From NCBI RefSeq assembly GCF_000146505.1, contig NC_017448.1, forward strand, positions 2,190,001 through 2,222,000: 32,000 nucleotides of DNA, in the 5' to 3' direction. Within the stretch, counting starts at the first letter, position 1. Each line of letters opens with the position of its first letter. Both the position numbers and the translations under genes were made by a program. The notes under the pieces are model-generated. The model had not been told where the DNA came from and did no database searches. It worked only from the letters and a program-made list of their open reading frames with translations. This document shows, piece by piece, positions 20,146 through 28,607 of the stretch. Source of the stretch: Fibrobacter succinogenes subsp. succinogenes S85 (GTDB lineage: Bacteria; Fibrobacterota; Fibrobacteria; Fibrobacterales; Fibrobacteraceae).

Positions 20146-20292
20146 TATGTAAAATTGTGAGATAAAAGGTTGATTCGCGTTGAATATTTGATAACATTAT
20201 ATCAACATATATTTTTACGCTTGTAGACGGAAAATTTAGTCAGGCTTTCATTTATTCGGTTTACATATATTATATTTCTTTGTGGAGGCTTT

Positions 20293-20985
20293 ATGCAGGA
20301 CAATACGAAACGTGGCGAGCGCGCACTTTTTTGGATGAAGGCCATCTTTGTTATATTCATCCTTTACTTTTTTTGGAGCTCGCCCATTAATGCAATCTTT
20401 CCTGGTACGAATGATAATACCGTGACTGCTTCGGTTTTGGTTCGTATTGCCTTCGGTGCTTTGGTGAGCTTGGGAATGCTTTTTTCTCTGATTGCATTTT
20501 TGGTCAGCTTCTTATCGTGGCTGCATCGTGCTATTGCAAATTTGCGAGTTATATCAGTAACAGACTTTTCGCCTATGGGAGCAGTTCTCCTCACTTGCAT
20601 CCCCCTTGTAGGTTTCGTCTTGCATTTTTGGATCTTCAATGACATGGTTGCACGCCAACAGGATTGCATGCATGAACGTGGAATTTTGAAGGATCGTTTC
20701 CCGAAAAAGTTTTTGATTGGATGGGTCTTGGCTTCGGTCGGGTGTTTGGCCCTGATGTTTATCGGTTTCAGCAGTCCTACCGGTCAAGAGATTCGTGGGT
20801 TGACTGAAAATATTTTAACTGTCGTGAGCGTTGGCCTGTACATCAAATGCTTCATGTTTTACATTGCTCAAGAACGTGAACTTTATAATGTTCACACAGA
20901 AACGCTTTTCCGCAAGCGTGTCGATGAAATTATTCGCGAACGCGAAATTGAACGTGCCGCTGACCAGCTCCGCGACAAACAATAA
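20293..20985 (+). CDS. Multi-pass membrane protein, DUF4328-like
   Basis: SD GGAGG. Four or five TM helices. SWLHRAIANLRV...FSPMGAVLLTCIPLVGF resembles the DUF4328 core (W..RA..NL....sP.wAv..wfiP) by eye only. Confidence 0.5.
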   Translation: MQDNTKRGERALFWMKAIFVIFILYFFWSSPINAIFPGTNDNTVTASVLVRIAFGALVSLGMLFSLIAFLVSFLSWLHRAIANLRVISVTDFSPMGAVLLTCIPLVGFVLHFWIFNDMVARQQDCMHERGILKDRFPKKFLIGWVLASVGCLALMFIGFSSPTGQEIRGLTENILTVVSVGLYIKCFMFYIAQERELYNVHTETLFRKRVDEIIREREIERAADQLRDKQ

Positions 20986-21011
20986 TTTTTTCTGAATTTT
21001 GGAATGCGCGA

Positions 21012-22064
21012 CTAAAAATATGTTGCGACGTACTTTTTCTGGAATTCCGGATCTTCGTGCGCCCAGTGCTTTTCTTCCATCGCCTGGTATTGCCAGTTGA
21101 GCGCCTGCATAAATTTTTCCGGCTCGCAGAGATTCTTGAAAATCGCATCGAGGTCGTCGACCGTCGCACTTGAGCTGACTAACTGTTCTTTCGGAATGTA
21201 GCTGTACGGAGAACTTGCGAAATCGCTCCCGATGAAAACCGCTCCGAGTGCGGCCGCTTCCTTGAGCTTTAAGTCGCTCTTTGCGCGGTTGAAATTGTTG
21301 GCGGCGAGCGGTGCCAGGAAAAAGTCGGGCTTGTAGCTCGCGACCGTCTGTGCGAACGGCAAAAAACTCGTGAAAGGAATCTTCGTGAATTTTCCGTCGA
21401 GGTCCTTCAGAAAATCCGGCTCGCCAAAAATCTGGAAGTCGATGCTCCCGTCTTCGATGTGCTTGCGGATCCAGGGAATCCATGCGCCTTCGAGGTCGCC
21501 CGGAATTTCGGCTGTGAAATGTCCGAGACTGCCGGCATACATCACCTTCGGTTTTCCCGAGAAAGCAGACGTCCTCTGTGACATCCCGAACAGCGACTTT
21601 GAAATACCGTTCGGCATCACCACCGCGTTTACGCCGAGGTCGGACTTGATGCGGCTCGCGAGGTAGCGCGTCGAGCAGACTACCACGTCAAACAGCGGCA
21701 ACACCTGCTTGAGACTCGTGAGCATCATCTGGTCGTGATTCGGAATCTGCTTCGCGTACGAAGCGATCACCGGTGACAAATCCCACTGCAAGTCATCCAG
21801 GTCAGTCACGAGCTTGAACCCGCATTCCTTCTTGAGCTTCGCATAGAACAACGCAAGTTGCGCGCGACCCGGCGCCGTCGGCTTCTGCAGAATCACCGCC
21901 CGCGTCTGCTTGAGTGCGTCTTTGTTCGCACAGACAATCTGGGTGATAGACGGCACGACCTGAAAATCGTTAGGCCCCATGAACTGGGTGCAAGGCAAAA
22001 TGCAGCGAACCCAGTCGGATTGCGCCATGTCATAAGGATGCACGATAACTTGCGTTCTGATCAT
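21012..22064 (-). CDS. Putative GT-B fold glycosyltransferase-like protein
   Basis: 350-aa clean ORF. The C-terminal half has ...KVMYAGSLG...DFFLAPL..NNFNRAKSDLKLKEAAALGAVFIGS, reminiscent of the GT1/GT4 nucleotide-sugar-binding half. The functional call is weak. Confidence 0.45.
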   Translation of the reverse strand: MIRTQVIVHPYDMAQSDWVRCILPCTQFMGPNDFQVVPSITQIVCANKDALKQTRAVILQKPTAPGRAQLALFYAKLKKECGFKLVTDLDDLQWDLSPVIASYAKQIPNHDQMMLTSLKQVLPLFDVVVCSTRYLASRIKSDLGVNAVVMPNGISKSLFGMSQRTSAFSGKPKVMYAGSLGHFTAEIPGDLEGAWIPWIRKHIEDGSIDFQIFGEPDFLKDLDGKFTKIPFTSFLPFAQTVASYKPDFFLAPLAANNFNRAKSDLKLKEAAALGAVFIGSDFASSPYSYIPKEQLVSSSATVDDLDAIFKNLCEPEKFMQALNWQYQAMEEKHWAHEDPEFQKKYVATYF

Positions 22065-22330
22065 GGAAGGAAAAGTAGTAAAAAGTTTGATGGAAGTGCC
22101 GCGGAATGAGGAGGGGAATACGCAGAATTTGTGAAAAATAGATGCTGTATTTAGAAAAAATAAAGTGTTTGTTTATAAAAAAATATGTTTTTGTGACAAG
22201 TTTGTTTTGAAATTTTTTTTTGTTTATATTTGGTCAAAAAATAGGAATACGATTGTAGATAGAACTTTGTTTGGTATGAAGTTATTTTCAATCATATGAG
22301 AAAAAGTAAACTATAACAGGAAAAAATTCT

Positions 22331-23116
22331 ATGAAAAGAGAATACGAAAAATATAAAAATGGTTTTACTAAAGTTCCTGAATATATTGTGAATGCGATGC
22401 AGGGATTGGCTTATTGGATTGGTTATAAAAAATGCCTCTATAATTATTATCCGTTGTCTGAATGTGCTATTGTGTCAGAATTTTCATCGTTGTTGCAATC
22501 TGGTGCAAATGAGGACGAAATAGTATTATGTGAACGACAGTATTGTAACTTTTTTACAGAAGAAAATATCCCAGAAGATGTGGATGGGAAAAGAGTGGAT
22601 CTTACGGTGGCTGAACTGGAAAATAATCATAATCAAAATGAAGTTCATAATATTCTTGCTCATGATAATAAACAAGAAAAAGGTTTTTTAAGGGATAAAG
22701 CAAAAGTTGTTTTTGAAGTCAAATTACATCGCAGTTCAAGGACATTAATAGATAACGATTTTAAAAGGTTAAAAAAAATAAAAGATGCTAATGAATCTAT
22801 TGTTACATATTTATTGCTTGTTTCGGAAAATGAAATTCCAGAAGAATTTGTAGATATTAGCTCTGGGCATGGTAAAAAAGATTATCAATTAACGAACAAT
22901 AGACATAATGATGAAAATGCACCTCATATTCATGTTTCCAAGGTAAGATATGTTTTGAATCAAAAACTTGATGCGCCTCAATTAAAAGGATGGATTTCGC
23001 AAACGTTGGACTCTGATGAAGCTGATGTAGATGAGGCGATAAAAGATCAAATTGATTTTATAAGTAGTAAAATGCTATCGCGAGGTGCATTTGTGTGTTT
23101 GATTGAAGTTGTATAA
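22331..23116 (+). CDS. Hypothetical protein with a possible PD-(D/E)xK nuclease core, in an AT-rich island
   Basis: 261 aa. Candidate motif order: E (SECAIVSEF helix) ... D (GKRVDLTVAE strand) ... ExK (VVFEVKLH strand). GC is about one third by eye, versus about one half in flanking genes. Confidence 0.45.
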   Translation: MKREYEKYKNGFTKVPEYIVNAMQGLAYWIGYKKCLYNYYPLSECAIVSEFSSLLQSGANEDEIVLCERQYCNFFTEENIPEDVDGKRVDLTVAELENNHNQNEVHNILAHDNKQEKGFLRDKAKVVFEVKLHRSSRTLIDNDFKRLKKIKDANESIVTYLLLVSENEIPEEFVDISSGHGKKDYQLTNNRHNDENAPHIHVSKVRYVLNQKLDAPQLKGWISQTLDSDEADVDEAIKDQIDFISSKMLSRGAFVCLIEVV

Positions 23117-23146
23117 TTTAATTTGAACAACTTAAGATGTCAAATA

Positions 23147-23176
23147 AAACAGCCTGCTTTTTTGAGCAGGCTGTTT
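23147..23176. terminator. Bidirectional terminator, 12-bp perfect stem
   Basis: AAACAGCCTGCT-TTTTTG-AGCAGGCTGTTT, between the convergent 22331 gene and lemA-2. Confidence 0.8.
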
Positions 23177-23208
23177 GCGTTTTCTTTTGCAGGACGTTTT
23201 CCGCGTGT

Positions 23209-23814
23209 TTATTTTATATCAAACTGAACTTTCGGGGCTACGCTTGCGGCTGCGTCAGCTGAGAAGAGGGCTTTCGGGGAGGCGCCTGCGAATCCGGCGA
23301 CGATGTTTGTCGGGAACTGGCGAATGGTGGTGTTGTATGCCTGCACGGTTTCGTTGTAGCGCTTGCGTTCAACAGCGATGCGGTTTTCGGCGCCTTCAAG
23401 TTGTACGCGGAGTTCCTGGAAACTCTTGTTGCTCTTGAGATCCGGATAGTTTTCGGAGACGGCCATAAGGCGCTGGAGGGCTCCGCTGAGGGTGCCTTGC
23501 ATTTCTTGGAAGCGCTTGAGTGCGGCTTCGTCGTTCATGAGGCTTTCGTCGAGCTTGATGGTTCCGCCCATGCGGCTGCGCATATCCATGACTTCGGTGA
23601 GGGTGCTCTTTTCGAAGTTGGCTTCGCCTTGCACGGTGCTGACGAGATTCGGGATGAGGTCAAAACGGCGCTGGTAGGTGTTTTCGACTTGAGCCCACTG
23701 TGTCTTGACGCCTTCTTCAAGGGCGATGATGTTGTTGTATGTGCCGATGCCTTTCCCGACGATGATGAGCAGGATGACGACGACAACGATAACGGCGATT
23801 AAAGCTTTTTTCAT
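23209..23814 (-). CDS. lemA: LemA family membrane protein (second paralog)
   Basis: MKKALIAVIVVVVILLIIV TM helix, QRRFDLIPNLV, ENYPDLKSNKSF, RKRYN. Start is ATG 23812-23814 after GGAG. Confidence 0.85.
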   Translation of the reverse strand: MKKALIAVIVVVVILLIIVGKGIGTYNNIIALEEGVKTQWAQVENTYQRRFDLIPNLVSTVQGEANFEKSTLTEVMDMRSRMGGTIKLDESLMNDEAALKRFQEMQGTLSGALQRLMAVSENYPDLKSNKSFQELRVQLEGAENRIAVERKRYNETVQAYNTTIRQFPTNIVAGFAGASPKALFSADAAASVAPKVQFDIK

Positions 23815-23856
23815 GATTTCTCCGGTTTTTACGGTGTCAATATACAAATTTTGCGT

Positions 23857-24789
23857 TTATTCCTTGCGGCGGTAAATGTTCGCGAGTATCGCACCGGAAA
23901 TGTTGTGCCATACGGAGAAAATTGCGCCGGGGACGGTCGCCATCGCAAGTGACGAAAATGCGGTGCCTGCAAGGCTTGTGGCAAGTCCGGAATTCTGCAT
24001 GCCGATTTCGATGGAGAGCGCTTTGGTCTTGGAGGTGGAAAAGTGCAATAGCTTGCCGAGTCCAAATCCGCAGCCGTAACCGAGGAGGTTGTGGAGAATC
24101 ACCACGGCAAAAACAATGGCGCCTGTCGAGATGATTTTTGCGGCATTGTGTGAGACGACGGCGGCTACGATCATTGCGATGGCAATTACGGAAACGAGCG
24201 GAAGTACTTTCACGGCGCGAGTGGTCCACTTGCCAAAAAACTTGTTGATGACGAACCCGAGCGCAATCGGGACGATCACGACTTTCACGATGGAAAGGAA
24301 CATCGCCATTATGTCCACATTCACGGTTGTGCGCAGCAGCAGGTAGGTAATCGCCGGTGTCAAAATCGGGGCAAGCAAAGTGTTTACGCTAGTCATGCCG
24401 ACGGAAAGTGCGACATCGCCTTTCGAGAGGTAAGTGATGACATTGCTCGCGGTGCCGCCCGGGCAAGTGCCCACGAGAACCACGCCCGCCATTAGCGCGG
24501 CATCGAGCCCGAAAGCTTTCGAAAGTAAAAACGCGAGCGCGGGCATCACGATGAACTGCGCGGCACAGCCGATGGTGATTTCTTTCGGTCGCGCAAAGAC
24601 GAGTGCAAAGTCGCTGAGTTTGAGCGTGAGACCCATGCCAAACATCACGACCATCAGGAGGTAATTCACCCAGGAAAGTTCAATCCAGAGTGTTGATTTC
24701 GGGACGAATAGCGAGAGCGCTGCAATCGCGAGCACGACAATTGCCATCCACTTGCCAACAAATTCGCTAATCTTTTCAAGAATACGCAT
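23857..24789 (-). CDS. Bile acid:sodium symporter (BASS/SBF) family transporter
   Basis: About 10 TM helices. GLTLKLSDF and CPGGTASNVITYLSKGDVALSV motifs. Confidence 0.85.
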   Translation of the reverse strand: MRILEKISEFVGKWMAIVVLAIAALSLFVPKSTLWIELSWVNYLLMVVMFGMGLTLKLSDFALVFARPKEITIGCAAQFIVMPALAFLLSKAFGLDAALMAGVVLVGTCPGGTASNVITYLSKGDVALSVGMTSVNTLLAPILTPAITYLLLRTTVNVDIMAMFLSIVKVVIVPIALGFVINKFFGKWTTRAVKVLPLVSVIAIAMIVAAVVSHNAAKIISTGAIVFAVVILHNLLGYGCGFGLGKLLHFSTSKTKALSIEIGMQNSGLATSLAGTAFSSLAMATVPGAIFSVWHNISGAILANIYRRKE

Positions 24790-24798
24790 TGGACTTCC

Positions 24799-25950
24799 CT
24801 ACCCTACAATCAGAGATTTATCGTAGATGAATTCGACTTCTTCGGGGGTAATGCCGCCGGGAACGAGGTCGAGTTTGGAACGGTTCACTTTCATCGCGGC
24901 AGCGAACTTGTTGCGCAATTCGCGGGTGACGGTGCATGTGCCGATGAGCTTGCGGAGCATTTCTTCAAATTCTTCAATGCTTTGCAATCCTAAAAGCGAG
25001 AGGATTTTTTCAACATCGGTTGGAACTTTCTTTTGGCAGATTTCGACGTAGGCGGCGAGGAAGTACCCGACGGCGGGACCGTGCGGCGTGCCTTTGCTGA
25101 GCGTGAGATCGTAGCTCATGCCGTGCGGTACGGCGGTGCTTGTCATGGCGATGGACATGCCTGCGATTGTGGAGGTGTACATCAGTTTTTCGTACAAACT
25201 TGCATCAATCGGCGCGGCTTTTTGCGAGGTATTTTGCGCGACGGTATTGTTCGCGGCGACCGAGGCAATGAGCGCGTTTTTGCACTCTCCCCAAAGTTTG
25301 AGGCCATATTCGGGACACATGCGGTTGAGCATGTTCGAGTGAACGTTCAAGATACTTTCGACCATGTGCGCAAGCGCGTCAACAGCGGTGTTTACAATCA
25401 GCTGCTTTTTGGCGGAGGCGAGATACTTTCCGTCAACGAGCGCAAGCACCGGGAAAATCCTGTGCGGAATACTCTTCTTTAAATTGATTTTGTGGTTTGT
25501 GATAATGGCGACCGGTGTTGCTTCGGAGCCTGTTCCGCAAGTGGTCGGGACGGCGACAACAGGTGCGTGGTTAAGCGGATGACTCGGCGCTTTGTGCAGT
25601 TCATCTGCGTTCACGTTTGGATTCACGAGGAGAATCGCCATAGCTTTGGCGGCATCGATAGCGGAACCTCCCCCAATGCCGATAATAAAATCAGCGCTGA
25701 AATCCTTTGCGATTTGAGCACCCTTCCCCACGGTATCGGTGGACGGGTTTTCTTCAACTTCATCAAAAATCTGGTAGGCGACTCCCCCATTGTTCAGAAC
25801 TTCGGTCACGTCATTCAGGGAGCCGTTAGCCTTAGCGGAGCTGTGTCCAGTGACAATGAGCGCGCGCTTCCCGACGGCGAGCATTTCTTTCGCGTGGTTC
25901 TTCACGCAGTCCTTTTCAACGTAGATATCCGTAGGTACGTAAAATCGCAT
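24799..25950 (-). CDS. Iron-containing (group III) alcohol dehydrogenase
   Basis: GIGGGSAIDAAKAMA, PTTCGTGSE, and His-rich metal site (DALAHMVES, PHG). Confidence 0.9.
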   Translation of the reverse strand: MRFYVPTDIYVEKDCVKNHAKEMLAVGKRALIVTGHSSAKANGSLNDVTEVLNNGGVAYQIFDEVEENPSTDTVGKGAQIAKDFSADFIIGIGGGSAIDAAKAMAILLVNPNVNADELHKAPSHPLNHAPVVAVPTTCGTGSEATPVAIITNHKINLKKSIPHRIFPVLALVDGKYLASAKKQLIVNTAVDALAHMVESILNVHSNMLNRMCPEYGLKLWGECKNALIASVAANNTVAQNTSQKAAPIDASLYEKLMYTSTIAGMSIAMTSTAVPHGMSYDLTLSKGTPHGPAVGYFLAAYVEICQKKVPTDVEKILSLLGLQSIEEFEEMLRKLIGTCTVTRELRNKFAAAMKVNRSKLDLVPGGITPEEVEFIYDKSLIVG

Positions 25951-25959
25951 GATGTCTCC

Positions 25960-27036
25960 TTACAGCATCAGCCATTCTTTGTTGAACCACTGGTAAAGTC
26001 GCGCCTGTTCGGTGCGGTTCTTAATGAGCCACTGTGCAAATGTCGGGCGGTCAATCGGTTCGCAAAGGGAATAGATAAACGCTTCCACTAGGCTTTCGCG
26101 GATGAGTCCTTGATAAAATCTCTGGATTGGGTCGTTGATTTCATCGGTGAAGGCGACGAGCTTAATCGCTTTTTCAAGGATGTGGATCAGGAATTCCATT
26201 TGCTGTGCGGAGGTGGAATCCTGGTCGTAGAGCTTGCGCTTGCCGAGCGTGTCCGTGATAAGTATGGTCTGGATGGCGAGCAGAAATTCGTTGTTGACGG
26301 TGGAATCGCTGTCTGCCTGCTTGATTTTGGGCGTGTTCATCTCGACTTTTTTGTCTTTTACGAGAACGAATGATTTTGTACGGCCATAAAGTCTCGAAAG
26401 GTTGTCGCGGATGATTTCGGCTTTTTTGCTGATGAATGTGGAGTACATGGTGTACGCGTAGAATTGTGGCCACTTACCCATTTGGCTTGCCAAGAATCCC
26501 ATGTAATAATGGCTGCCTTCATGGACGCGTGAGTTGTTGATGCTCCGCTTGATCCAGGCGTAGGCGCTGTCTGCGTTGTTCATACGCATGTACGTGATGC
26601 TTGCGTTATACGGGATGTTGAACGAATTCGGTAATTTGGCGAACGCTTCACGATAGACGGCGAGTGCGGAATCCGGCATGCCCTTGTCATCGTAAACGGT
26701 ACCGAGCAGGCTGTAGAGATTTTCTTCGATGCCCTCGGCTTTGAGCTTTGTTGCGGCTTTGGCGTAAGAGAGCGATTTGTCCAGATCGCGTTTGGCATGG
26801 TATGTGAAAGCCATCTCGTATTTGACGAGTGCGTTTTTTGGGTCCTTCTTTTCGGCTTCCTTGTACTTGGCGAGAGCTTCGTCATACTGACCTTGTTCGT
26901 GAAATTGCACGCCTTGGTCAACGAGCTTTTTGACGGCTTCGGCTTTGGAAGCTTTTGACGATGCCTTAGAGGTTGCATTTGGCGCAGCAAAAAGCGTGGC
27001 GACGAGAGCTAAAATGAGAGCAATGGATTTTTTCAT
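25960..27036 (-). CDS. Secreted tetratricopeptide-repeat protein
   Basis: Signal peptide, then several TPR-like units (GQYDEALAKYKEAEKKDPKN, ALVKYEMAFTY.., GMPDSALAVYREA..). Confidence 0.7.
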   Translation of the reverse strand: MKKSIALILALVATLFAAPNATSKASSKASKAEAVKKLVDQGVQFHEQGQYDEALAKYKEAEKKDPKNALVKYEMAFTYHAKRDLDKSLSYAKAATKLKAEGIEENLYSLLGTVYDDKGMPDSALAVYREAFAKLPNSFNIPYNASITYMRMNNADSAYAWIKRSINNSRVHEGSHYYMGFLASQMGKWPQFYAYTMYSTFISKKAEIIRDNLSRLYGRTKSFVLVKDKKVEMNTPKIKQADSDSTVNNEFLLAIQTILITDTLGKRKLYDQDSTSAQQMEFLIHILEKAIKLVAFTDEINDPIQRFYQGLIRESLVEAFIYSLCEPIDRPTFAQWLIKNRTEQARLYQWFNKEWLML

Positions 27037-27042
27037 GATAAG

Positions 27043-28440
27043 TTAGTTCTTGAGAAGGGCGCTATAGAAGTTGCGGACATCATCCCAGCGGTAGTACGGG
27101 GCGGCGGGGCATTGTACTTTGTCCGCAGCCTTGCATTCGATGGGTAACGTCTGTTCAATTTCATTGTACAAAATTTTGACGAGGATGGGCTTGTTTTTTG
27201 CCTTGTAAAATACCATCTGCAAGTTTGCCGCCATCGGGATGATTCTAAAGTCGTTCCACTGTTCGTGCAATTTTGAGAGGTCTGAAACCTTGGCATTTGC
27301 GATGGGCAACTGCATGAGTGCAGATAACGGGAGGAGTGTGGCGTCGTGGCCAAAGCGGAGCGTGGCTGCAATTGGCGTTTGGACGGCGCGAGCATTTATC
27401 GTTGTATCAACGGCAATCGCTTCGTCGGCTTCTTCTAAAATATTCTGGAGCGTGGGCTTTGCAAAATTGAGGCCATCGGGGCGGTTAATGAGCGGGCTTG
27501 TACCTTCAAGGCTGTACCACCAGGCGTTTTGCGCTTTCCAGCGTGCAATTTTTTCTTCCGTTGTGAACAAGTTTACAAAGGTGTCGGCGGGTACTTTGGC
27601 GGCTTGGGCGATTTCGTCAAGGAGCGGTTTGTCCATCCCTTGGAGCGATGTCGCAATTTCAAAAAAATGGTTGTAGAATCCGTTGGTGTCCACGTTATTC
27701 ATCACGTATTTGTAGTCATTGAATAGCTTTTCCAGGAACTGTTGCGGATTGACGTTTTTCCAGAGCTTGTCGCTTTCGTCCGTGTAGGTCTTAACTTTGG
27801 AATAGTCGAGCTTGCCCCAGTCAAAGGCGCTGATGAACTTCATGTAGCTTTTGCCGGAGATGAGTTCGGAATGGATTTTCGGATTCAGCGAACGGAGTTC
27901 TCCGATGAATGCGGCCATGCTCACGATGCAGCGGCCGCTCGTGCTCGCATACGACCTGACATACGGTGTGATCTTTTTCCCGCCGATATTCCAGTCCTTG
28001 AAAACATCCCCAAAATTCTTGGACATGCGGTTTGCAATCCCTTCGTGCTGCTTGACGCCCACTTGCGTGAGGTCTCCTTTGCGGGGGGCCGCCTTGTCTA
28101 CGAGGACTTTTGTGTAGACGAGTGCCTGTTTGCCGAGTTCGGTGAGTTTCTGGGCGGAATCTGCCTTGGCGAGCGTTTCAAAAAGGTAGGTGTACTCTTC
28201 GGCGCTGTGGTGGTAGCGGCTACCGTGACGCCCGTAATGGCTGATATAGAACGGCTTGTAGCCGGCAGGTGCCTTGGTATATTTAATATTTACGGGTTCC
28301 GGGTACACTAAATAGCCGCTAGAAGTAAATTCGGGGTGCTTTGCAAGTTCTTCGTCGCTAACTTGCGCGTTCACGGTTGCAGTGAGGAAAAATCCCGTTG
28401 CGAGTACAAAAATGCCCTTGGCAAAATCCAACTTTTTCAT
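27043..28440 (-). CDS. Secreted histidine acid phosphatase (branch 2 histidine phosphatase, MINPP/phytase-like)
   Basis: Signal peptide. RHGSRY (RHGxRxP-type) catalytic motif and a downstream HD (FGHDATLLPL). Confidence 0.8.
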   Translation of the reverse strand: MKKLDFAKGIFVLATGFFLTATVNAQVSDEELAKHPEFTSSGYLVYPEPVNIKYTKAPAGYKPFYISHYGRHGSRYHHSAEEYTYLFETLAKADSAQKLTELGKQALVYTKVLVDKAAPRKGDLTQVGVKQHEGIANRMSKNFGDVFKDWNIGGKKITPYVRSYASTSGRCIVSMAAFIGELRSLNPKIHSELISGKSYMKFISAFDWGKLDYSKVKTYTDESDKLWKNVNPQQFLEKLFNDYKYVMNNVDTNGFYNHFFEIATSLQGMDKPLLDEIAQAAKVPADTFVNLFTTEEKIARWKAQNAWWYSLEGTSPLINRPDGLNFAKPTLQNILEEADEAIAVDTTINARAVQTPIAATLRFGHDATLLPLSALMQLPIANAKVSDLSKLHEQWNDFRIIPMAANLQMVFYKAKNKPILVKILYNEIEQTLPIECKAADKVQCPAAPYYRWDDVRNFYSALLKN

Positions 28441-28607
28441 GTCTCCAATATAATATATTGGTGTTGCGGTGCGAGTAAACTAAATCGCTAAAGCCCATAA
28501 TCCCCGTAAAAACGCACTTTAAAGGGGCTTTTCAAGTTGAAACGAAAATATATTTGGCACATCTTTTGCTACTTTTAACCACGTTTAATTTTTAATCAAG
28601 GACAACC

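Noticed and set aside
20815-21483. 222-aa Arg-rich ORF on the minus strand
   Set aside because: It is an alternative frame overlapping both the 3' end of the 20293 gene and the 21012-22064 gene. It has arginine/proline-rich out-of-frame composition.
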